A stretch of 63,311 nt of DNA, counting the filler, from Platydemus manokwari (lineage: Eukaryota): the NCBI GenBank assembly GCA_037951405.1. It is 6 parts of 6 records of this genome, joined end to end, with 100 filler letters (N's around TTAATTAATTAA, not from the genome) between each part and the next. Parts side by side here need not be neighbours in the genome. Positions count along the whole stretch, not along the records: positions 53,194 to 63,311 come from JBBMOY011166992.1; 5 more parts are not named here. One strand, given 5' to 3'. The position numbers were made by a program, and so were the translations under genes. Numbering within the stretch: position 1 is the first letter of the stretch; each line of letters opens with the position of its first letter. Positions 53,094 through 63,311 of this stretch are shown here, piece after piece. A model generated the notes under the pieces. That model did no database searches. It worked only from the letters and a program-made list of their open reading frames with translations, and had not been told where the DNA came from.

Positions 53094-53193
53094 NNNNNNN
53101 NNNNNNNNNNNNNNNNNNNNNNNNNNNNNNNNNNNNNTTAATTAATTAANNNNNNNNNNNNNNNNNNNNNNNNNNNNNNNNNNNNNNNNNNNN
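53094..53193. other. Artificial contig spacer
   Basis: N44-TTAATTAATTAA-N44. Confidence 0.97.
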
Positions 53194-53764
53194 ACACTTA
53201 GTCTTTCCATTAAAAGAGAAGTGAAACCTGAACCGGTACCACCACCAAATGAATGAAACATGAGGAATCCCTGTAAACCAGTGCAATTATCTGCAACTTT
53301 TCGAATGCGATCTAACACTTGATCAATAAGTTCTTTTCCAACGGTGTAATGGCCTCTTGCATAATTATTAGCTGCATCTTCTTTACCATTTATAAGCTGT
53401 TCTGGATGGAATAATTGCCGATATGACCCATTTCTAACTTCATCTGTAATTAAAAGTTAAATCAATCTGTAATTAATTCATAATATCTACCTATAACACT
53501 TGGTTCTAAATCAATGAAGAGAGCCCTCGGAACATATTTTCCAGTACCAGTTTCACTAAAAAAAGTATTGAAACAATCTTCATTGCCATGTTTGGGATTT
53601 TCGCTGGGTTTTTGTCCATCTTGCTGAATACCATGCTCAAGGCAGTACAATTCCCAGCAAGCATTGCCCATTTGAACACCTGCTTGACCGATGTGAATAC
53701 TAATGCACTCTCTCTGAAATAAATCATCAAATATCAGAAATTGAAAAACAGAAACTCAAACCAT
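53194..53764 (-). CDS. TUBA: Alpha-tubulin, 5' part. Exons 53764-53762 (ATG), 53713-53491, 53443-53194 (truncated by contig end)
   Basis: [30 protein letters not shown]; LFHPEQLI; [12 protein letters not shown]; [10 protein letters not shown]; intron directly after ATG as in other animal alpha-tubulins. Confidence 0.97.
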
Positions 53765-55677
53765 TTCCGTTTGATAAATTCGTGACAATACTTTACTGTT
53801 TGAAACAATTGATATTTATATTACGAAACCAATGGTGTGCATGAATCACCAATTTTCTATCCCCATTTTACACAAATAGCACACATGTACAAGTTATTCA
53901 CGTGTCCTTTGATTAAGATACGAATTGTACGAATCTCACTTAAGTATTGAGGTATGACGAATTGAATATTGTGTTGAATACAGTTAACAGACTTCGAAAA
54001 ATAATTCCAGAACTTCCTGTTTATTCAATTCTGTTAAGGATACTAGTATTGTGTTGCATTTCATTAATCACCGAAATTAATATACACGCTTTAATTGATT
54101 TTATCTAGATTTTTCAAGTTTAAATTTCATGTTTTTCATAATTTATATCTGATGAATAATGAAACATATGATTATATTTGGTCCTCTATAAATATGAGAA
54201 ATAAAATATTCACAGAATTTTTTATAATTGCGTGATAAACTACAATTTATTTGCCTAATTTTTATTTTGGAAATTACTGAATTATACATATGATATTATT
54301 TAGCTTTATGCATTCATTTACATCAGTAGTTATTTGATTTCGAGGAATAATAATCGGCTGATTAATAAAATAGCAATTCATTTTGAATAGGAATCAAATA
54401 TTACGTAATTAACCAACAGAATTTCTCTCAGAAGTGAAATGCTTAATAATTTAAAGGAATACTTACGTCTTAATAATATCCAATAGCATATTGTATGACA
54501 TTGACTTTTACAAACAGTCGGTAAACTTAAAATATTATTATGATGATAATCACCATGTTCGATTCTGTTGTTATACTATCAAATAACCTATTCGATCATG
54601 ATATGCAATCGTATAACTTTGTGAATGGTTTGATGTTTTATTATAATTGCCTTTGATGAAAGTTTGTTTTATTTTAATATAGCATTTACTTATTTAAAAT
54701 TGATAAAGCTAAGATGATATCTGTAAATCCTTTCCGATAAAATTTGACAGAATAAATGTAAATATAAACGATAAATAGGTGAAATAATTTTAAACAAAAA
54801 GCTTAAATGCAATAGAAACCATTAATCTAAGAAAAATGCAATCAATATTGAAAATATAAAAATTGAAAACACGCTTAAAGTACTAGTTCCACTTAACAGA
54901 CGTTTATTTTTGCTAGCCATATTCTATGAATACTTCTTTATAGAGTTTACTCGATGATTTATTCTGATTGTTTCAAATATTCCCACTTAGAACAAAATAA
55001 TTTTGTTCAAAATTTTATCTATTTGTCATCCAGTTTTAATTTGTTGTAATTTGCTTTTTTGAAAAATAAGCTAGTAATTGACATGGTTAAGTATTTTAAT
55101 TTAAGTTAAAACGTTCATTTGATTTCATTTTCTGGGACCATTTACTTTAGAAATAAACGTGTTATTATTGTATTTATTTTATGGTTCCTATGTTGGTGAT
55201 TAGCTAATTTATACACTTTCCTTACATTTGTGGTATTGAAATTTATATAATTCTTTTGCGCATTTGCAAAAATTTTTTATAAGATTTCAGAATCCACATG
55301 TTTCCAACCTTTAAATTAAAATTTTATTTTAATCGTAAATCGACTTATATTTTAATATTCTAATATTAATTATTTTTTATAAAATAAGAATATCTCTATA
55401 CTTCATTCAAAACTTCACTAATTTTCAATAAATTACAATTTGACCTTTTGACTCATTTTCAAATAATCATTTTTTACTACATTTTAAAGCTCGTATTTGT
55501 TTAATTCTTGATTTCAAACCACCAGAATTCTTTGCAGACACTTAAATCCAAAATTCAAAACGTTTTTAATTAATATAATTAAATATACTATATTGTTTTT
55601 TGCAATACACCTAACAAATTTCAAATTTTATTTTGGAACTCCTTTTTTCTTAATTTTTAATTTTACAATTGAAGTTA

Positions 55678-57514
55678 ATGGAGATGAAGTTAGTAATATT
55701 ATAAATTATAATAGTTTTTATAAAATATCCTATTAATCAATTTTAGAAATCTTCCAGATGCTGATGATTGTTCAACTTTTTCTGAACAACAAGCTATTGA
55801 TTATATATCTGAAGTTGTAGATCAATTGCGTCAATGTGAGAAATCTCTGGATATGAATTTAGTGTCTGATCTTATATACCGAATCTCATCATCATATTTT
55901 GATTTAGATGATCATCTGGACAAAATTTGTGACATATTCATTAATAAAGGTCTCATTAAATCTCTGTATTATTTTCTATGGATATTAGGTAACTCCAAAG
56001 ATATAACCGATCAAACTCTAAATTTAATATATGTTTCACTAATTAATTTTACGGATCATTCGGAAAAATTTGCTCAAGCCGTTTATTCGTCTGAAATATT
56101 GAAATTGTTAATAAACAATTGTCTGGATGATAGTAATCTCCTCAACATCAAACATAAATCTATAAACGAATTAATTAAATTTTCTCTTCAAATTCTTAAT
56201 AATATTTATCGCGATCCTGGCAATATCATCTCAGATCGTTTGGCAGAATTTAAAGCAACTTTGATGAAATTGATCAAAATGGATAATAACAATATTTTGA
56301 GTGTATTGTCGATGTTGACATTGTCGTACATTATCAATGACAATGAATGTCATTTGCTCGACGAAGGATTGAATGTTGTGAATATTCTATTTGAAAAAAT
56401 CAATTACATTCTCGATACCAGTAACAGATCGAGCGGATTTACGATTGGTGAATTGATGAATGGCATTCGATGCATATCGTCCAATGATAAAATGAAGAGA
56501 AGAATTCATGACTGTAATGGAATTCCGATTTTTATGGAAATTTTTAAACGAAACGTCGAAAAAGAAATCGAACCGACATTGGGAACGATTTGGAATTTGT
56601 GTTTCATCTATGAAATCAAATCGGAATTGGTTAATGTTTTCAATATCAACGAAATCATTCAACCGTTTATCGATCATGAATCCGATAAGATTCGACGAAA
56701 TTGCAATGGGATTTTGTGGGAAATTTCCGATAAAACCAATCGACAAGGTGATGAAGTACAAACATTGGCAAAGGACTGTTTCGATGTTTTCATCAGTTAT
56801 TCATGGTCGAATAAATCGAAAGTGTTGGAAATTTATGAATATCTAATCCAATACAATATTCGCGTTTGGCTTGATGAGAACCAGATGGTCGGCGATTCAT
56901 TGGAAGCGATGGCTTCGGGAATTGAAAATTCGTGTCTGTTCATTGCCGGTATGTCTCGACCGTATATGAAGAGTCAGAATTGTCGAAGCGAAGTGGAATA
57001 CGCTCATCGAATCAACAAACCAATCATTCCCATGGTTTTGGAATTGAAATTCAAACCCCACGGTTGGTTGGGTATCATAATGGGAACAAAGGTCTATTAT
57101 GAATTCAGCGAGAGACGGAAATCTGATGAGGTGATTTTTGGTTTGATTAAATCGATAAAATGCCAATTGCAAAAATCTGCTATTCCAATCGAAGAACCGG
57201 AAATCGTACCCACTACTACTCGGTCTGAGACGTTTGTAGAAAATCGTAAGAATTCGATTTCTAAAAATCCAAAATTGAATGATGATGTAAGAAATTGGAA
57301 TTCCGGTCAGGTGATGAAATGGCTTGAACGATCTCAATTGAGTCATGTCAGTAAAAAGTTTGCTTCGATCAATGGTCCATTGTTGGAGATCATGTTTGAT
57401 ATCAGATCAAATTCACCTGAATATTTTAATAAGACTTTAAAAAGTGAATTCGGTATCAAATTTGTAGACGTGTTGAAGTTTCATAAAGCGCTTAATGATT
57501 TGACATCATATTGA
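55678..57514 (+). CDS. ARM-repeat / TIR / SAM-like domain protein (~592 aa). Exons 55678-55688 and 55747-57514
   Basis: ATGGAGATGAA|gt..58 nt..ag|A joins in frame; ARM-like helices (TIWNLCF, CNGILWEI); TIR DVFISYSW...VWLDENQM...SQNCRSEVEYA...KPIIPM...GWLG; C-terminal WNSGQVMKWL...INGPLL SAM-like. Confidence 0.9.
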
Positions 57515-59299
57515 TTTGATATTTCATTATTATATAATTCCATTATATCTCGGACTGGATTCAAAATGATTTCATTCATTTTCTCATCTGCAATCAAATC
57601 CATTTTTATAATAATTTTCAAATATTGATTTGTCAATAATCGATTTCTACTAATATTCTAGTCATCTAATCGAGGCCAGTGCTTCGTAAGATGAGTCATT
57701 TACTCTATGAAAAGTCAACAAAAATATTCAAGCAATGACATTTTGGAATTCAGTGTATTATTTCTATTTTGCAATTTTTAAATGATCGTAACTATGAATT
57801 ATGAACTTTATGAAGTGTTGTCCACAAAATTGAGAATTTATATCTTTAACTAGATATTTTATAAAAATAAAATTTCAATTAGTTCACGATTATGTTTTAC
57901 ACAATGAAGTTCAACTGCAACATTGTTGATATTCAATGAATGAGTAATTCGAGTAAAATATTGATTGTTTCAATGAACTCTAATTTAAAATTTTCTTACC
58001 AATATATTCTTTCACGTTAACTGTATTAGAAGACTGGATTACCAGGGTGATTGAGGTCAGACATTCAGGTTGGTTTGTATTGAGAACTTGTGGGTACAGA
58101 TTTTGAATGAATCGATGAATTGAGAAGACAAAAATAGAATAAAGAATCGCTATCGTTTAATTTCAATCCTCAAATTATTGATCTAAATAAATGAGTTATA
58201 ATGATTAAGTATAATCATAAGAATAACATCCACGATTAATTCTTTAACTTTTATCGTACCAATCATCTCGTCTAGTGTTACAATAATATCTTATTGCTTT
58301 TCCAATTATCTCCACTGTTTTTATTCCAATTTTCTCTATAATTATTATTCCACCTACAAGATATTCCAAATGATTCAAACCGTTAATATGTTATTGACAG
58401 TTAGAAGTCGATAAATGATGCTTACACCAAGAATCTGACAAATATCAAATAATTAAGTGAGTGCTACTAATTTTTATTGATTATAATAATAATTGACAAA
58501 TGCGCAATGGGTGATTTTTAAAGAAGCAGTATAGTGACCTCAAGAACAAAAAATCGACGGAGGGGACTCTGTGGCTCTCTACTTCGATGTAGAAATTAAA
58601 GAAGTGTATTATTTTAAACTACAACAAATTCTTATTAGACTTTGTGGAACATGCTATTAATACTTCTCGAATAATCTTCTGTCGGAGACTGATGAGAAAA
58701 AGCTTACGATACTAATAATAATATTTGCCATTGTACTGATTGAAAATAATGAAAATTTCTACCGCTAACGGAATTGATTCTAAATAATGAGGAGGAAATT
58801 GAACGACCCTATGAACGTGAATTTATGAAACAATGCTGATCCTGATAGGTTTTTAATTAATCCTGTTCTGTGACACATATGCAAATTAATAATCCTGATA
58901 GAATCCAATTCAGGCAAATCTGAATTTATGAGAGATTTTGTTCAATTGGCTGATGATTGTCATTGCTTTTATACTATTTTAAATTTTAAGCTTTTGCAGG
59001 AATTATTACTCATTTAATATATTGTTCCCTGCTTTTAAATGGTGATTTGGGATTTGGAGAATTATATTTTAAAGAATATAATTTTATAAAATAATGAGAG
59101 AAATAAAAGCCCACGTAGAGAAATCATATAAATAGGAGGAAATCAGCCCTGAGAGCCCATTAATTTGGAAACCACTGGTACGTAAAAATATTTGATACAA
59201 CATTTGTGCCAACATCTATAGTCATTCGCATAAGCTCGACAATTCGCAAAATGTTTGTTAATAAGCCGATAAGGTCTAGTGAGCGTTAATTTGTGTAAA

Positions 59300-62200
59300 C
59301 AACTGATTGATATTATAATTCCTGTAATACCCTATCATCAAGCTTTGTTTAAAATATCTCCCTGTAAAAGGTTTTGCTCTAAGAGTATGTGGTTTATAAA
59401 CTCCCTCTTTATTTTGAATTTGTTAAGTTACTCGTCATAGGATTCACTGTACATTGTATTTGTAAAATCAGTTTCTAATTTTTATATGGGCGTGATATTT
59501 AAGCTAACAATGAATTTTTATAAAATCAAGAGATGGTTTTTGATTTATTAAAAATTCCTTAGTTCTTGATTGATCAACCTTTCTTTTTACCCAGATAATA
59601 TATTCTTTCAGTATCTCTTTGATGATGTTTAACATGACGCGCTAATAAAAACTGTCGTTCGAATATGCGAAGGTTTTCTTTGAGCCTATGTGACAGGGTT
59701 CCTAGTGAATTATCTTGACAAATTGAGCGGCAAAAATTTTCGGTGATCTAAAAGCCAAACCCTCCTCTTTCTCTTGCGGCCATCTTCAGCTTATCTTTAA
59801 TTCTCGAAAGTGAATGTTTATCCCAGAACTCCGTGCTAGTTAGAGTTGTTTCACCATTTAGAAATCTGAGCGTCTCCACTATTTCTGCATCTCTATGTCG
59901 TGCTTTTCTGTTTTTGCTCCATCATGTCTCATCTTTCACTGAGAACATAGTGTCTCGTTGATGCTAGACAATCTGTTTCTTATTTTCTGTATCTTAAATC
60001 GATATCGTATTCTGACAGCGACGCCATCCATGTTTGAAATTGAGGGCCGATCAGTTTTCGTGTCAAGTTCAATAATACAAGGGCTTTGTGATCAGACCTC
60101 GCGATGAATTTCTTCCCTTACAGGTATTGTTTAAAGTAAATAACATACTCTTGGATAGCAAGCAGTATCCTTCTTGACAGTAATCGAGACCTGTGAGCTA
60201 TAGCTATTTCTGTTCCTTCTTCAGTAACCTGGCTTAGAACAGCCACTATTGCACCAAAATTAGCATCCGTATATAGTAAAAATATCCTGTTTTCTCTTGG
60301 GTAATCCAAAATTGGTGCTTCACAGAGTGTCGACTTTAGCTTCAAAAAACTTGTTTGACACGTTTCTAACCATTGTAATTCCTTAATATCCATCCGCGAT
60401 TGCGGCCTATAGTGGAGCCGCTATTAGAGCATAATCTTTGAGGAATCGCTTGTTATAGTTTGTCAGGCCTAAAAATGATCGCACTTTAGTCGTACAATGA
60501 CGTACTTGGGCATCCGGAATCTGTTCGATTTTGTCGTAATTAGTCTGTATCCTTTGGCACTGATCGTGTGGCACAAAAATCTCACTTTATCTTTGATTAG
60601 TGTACATTTCTTAGGATTCACTTTCAGACCAGACTCTTTAATTGGTCGAAATACGGCTTCCAGTAGATCGTCATGCTCTTGGTGAATTTTCCCTTATACC
60701 AGCACATCATCAAAATATCCCAAAACGCTCTTAAAGATCAATTCATTCAATAGCTTATGCATTAGCTTTTGTAAAGTTGCTAGTGCTGTAGATAATCCAA
60801 ACTAAAATCTATTGAAACAGTATTGGTCGGTTCTTGTGCTAAAAGCTGTGCAATCTTGGGACCTCGGACTTAGTTCGACTTGGTAATAAGACTCTCCAAA
60901 TCTATCGAGGAGAAATATTTAGCGTTTGCCAAACGGTCTAGAAGTTTATGGATATCATACATAGGGAAACTAAATTTCTCTGTCATTCCATTGAGTACTT
61001 GATAATGCACTCACATCCAAATGGATCCGTCCTTTTCTCCTACGATGACCAAGGGTGAATTCCAACCACTCTTGCATGGTCTTATTACTCTTATTTCTAG
61101 CAATTTTTTATCATATCTTCAAATTTTGCTTCTAAGTGCATACGCTGGCTCCTGAGATTCTGCAAAATAGGATTTCAGGTAGTAATAATCTCGAGAACAT
61201 CTAAGTTGGTTCTGCCTAGATCTAATTTCGAAGCTATGAATATTTTTCCGTATTCCTTGATGAGTCTTCCAATTTTACCCTTTTCCTAGTCTTGATCGTT
61301 TCCTGTGCGTTCTTTGATCTTTTCTCAACTGTGTATTTGTCATTACATAGTGATGAATTGATTGCGGCTACCTCATTCAGTTGAATCCGGAATGCATTTA
61401 TCATGTAGACACCTCCGATGAAGTCGGGACAAATTATTTTGCAAACACAACCCTGAGTTTATTTTTCTTTCCTTTTCACTTGGCCATCACTCCTATATAA
61501 CCCAGAGGGCAATCGGCCTCCATTGAAAACAATCTATTAAGCGTAATGAAGCTATCCTACAATTTTTGGCTTCCCACTTTCTTCCAATAGCTCTCGCTCA
61601 TCACTGTACCCTTGAATCCCACAACATCTCTTATTCAGATCCATTGATCAGCACGTTACTCCACACACTGACATAGTCCTTCTTAAACATCTCTTTACAT
61701 TTGGTTCCATTTCGAATTTTCTTCTTATCTGTTGATTTAACCCCACTGGTTGTTTCTTCCAATTTTTAAGGCTTGAACATAGCTGTCTCTACAAATTGTA
61801 CTGACTGCCCGGAAATATCGTTGAAAATTTATTCCCGATTCTTGAAGACCTTTGCAACAATCCTAACTTCCATTATATTTATGTCTGGCTTTAGGCCAAG
61901 AGGATCTCTTAACCCATTCGATCGTGCTCTCTTGCTGATGATATCTTTAGCTGTTGCATCTTGCTTCAAACTGGAATTCATCACCGCCTCAACCAATCTG
62001 TGAACCATTATCTCGTAGGTGGCAAACCTCTCGCTTTCTGATTGTAGAATATTTGCATATCCGTTATTTTATATCCATTTTTTATATCCATTTGATTGTG
62101 AATGTATTTTCAAACAACGATTTAGCTAATTCTTTTGTGGTATCTTCCGATTTGATATTTTAACACAGAATACCTGCCTCGTCTGAAAGTAGTAAATTGA

Positions 62201-62400
62201 ATGCGCTAATAAGGCTGAGATTATTAATTAATGGGCGCTCCTCCGTAACTCGTATTAATTTTGCAGCCTCATTTGAATTTCTTCCATCGAATTTTCCTAA
62301 ATCGAAATTAAGGGCTTCCTTGCTTGTTTCGGTAGTTGTTTCTCCTGCTGATTCCTTGTAATTGCACTGATTTATATGGAATGGTCGCCGGTTACATCAT
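59300..62400 (-). mobile_element. Degenerate Ty3/Gypsy retrotransposon (copy 2, same family as 1430-5510)
   Basis: Collinear reverse-complement similarity to copy 1 from gag through integrase; retains GYFDDVLV (~60700-60725) and RNase H LYTDANFGAIVAVLSQ. Confidence 0.9.
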
Positions 62401-63311
62401 TAACATTCGCAAATATAATATTTATTTAAAAAACAAAACTAATCTGCCAATCAATTATTTAAAAAAAATATAACTTATAATGGGATCCCCACCCAACTAA
62501 CTACACCAGCGCAGTACTGACAAATTACCATATAAATTCTCAATAAACCCAAGCTACCCTCGATTACACTGCATACAGCCATGTACATAACATAGATATA
62601 CATAATATCTTTGACTATGGAGCAGACAATTCAGCTAAACCCTCAATTTAGCCAGTCCAGATCTGTTGCTGACGACATTTGCGAAAAAAATACATTATTT
62701 GACAATTGATAATCTTTGTGTTATTATCCTCATATTGTGACAGCTTGACAATCTTTGTTTTACATTATTTATTATCTTGGTGTGTTACAACAATTATTAT
62801 GTATTATGTGTAAACATTTTTTTATTTAAGTGTTATAATGTTATAATGTCAGGAAGCGGAGCGAGAGAGGATTTGGCAGATTATGATAAAATAGAATAAC
62901 GAAACAGCAAAAAAGACAACAATAAAACTATAACGAAAAATGAACATAACATTTATAAAGAATTATAAGGGACTTAATTAGATATACAATAAATAAGCAA
63001 TAAAATATATTAATAAAAAGCTCATTATATATTTATAATAAAGTGCAACGAAATAGATAATAAAACGTATACATAAAAATACAATGGAATGTCAATAATA
63101 AAGATATAAAAATGCAAATTATCGCCAACAGCGAGATGTTGCTAAAAATAGAAGTGTTGGGGTCGGCACAGCGAAGTATAAATACCGAAATGAAACCAGA
63201 ACCGTCCACATCCAGTATTGCAGCAAACTGTTGAGTTTTGGTACTTATATGTTCGTATTCCCAACACCAGTGAGTTCTTAAGATTGATCTGATTTAAATT
63301 CAAATCAACCC

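Noticed and set aside
56387-57346. Overlapping alternative-frame and antisense ORFs in the TIR gene
   Set aside because: Expected shadows of a long coding exon
1430-62400. Giant inverted repeat formed by the two Gypsy copies
   Set aside because: Artefact of contig concatenation
62845-62885. GCGGAGCG motif shared with ~41880-41915
   Set aside because: Match is too short to define a repeat family or LTR
1-63311. Prokaryotic features (CRISPR arrays, operons, rRNA/tRNA genes)
   Set aside because: None seen; the sequence is intron-containing eukaryotic DNA and most short ORFs in the track are spurious

Overview
Very AT-rich animal genomic DNA with ~45-65 nt mini-introns and (ATT)n microsatellites; it looks like a triclad flatworm (planarian), but the taxon is an inference. 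The window is not one locus. It is six unplaced contigs joined by artificial 100-bp spacers (N44-TTAATTAATTAA-N44), so synteny across spacers is meaningless. Host genes: a small secreted CX3C peptide, 14 internal exons of an inner-arm axonemal dynein heavy chain (DNAH3/7/12-like), an intronless Shisa/WBP1-like membrane adaptor, a transmembrane exon of a nephrin-like protein, the last exon of a CRAL-TRIO gene, the 5' part of an alpha-tubulin lacking K40, and a complete ARM-TIR-SAM gene. Most of the rest is mobile DNA: two decayed copies of one Ty3/Gypsy family, a hAT/Buster deletion derivative, MITEs, a Polinton-type pPolB fragment and LINE remnants. Two decayed elements stand out. (i) A large Gypsy-type element (28.2-34.5 kb) has repeated PBS-like motifs and a Gag followed by about 7 diverged ubiquitin-like domains. 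(ii) An unclassified element (6.8-11.4 kb) has two divergent long reading frames; one ends in a clan-CE (Ulp1/adenain-like) protease with intact catalytic residues, and both carry (M/L)xGG candidate cleavage sites.
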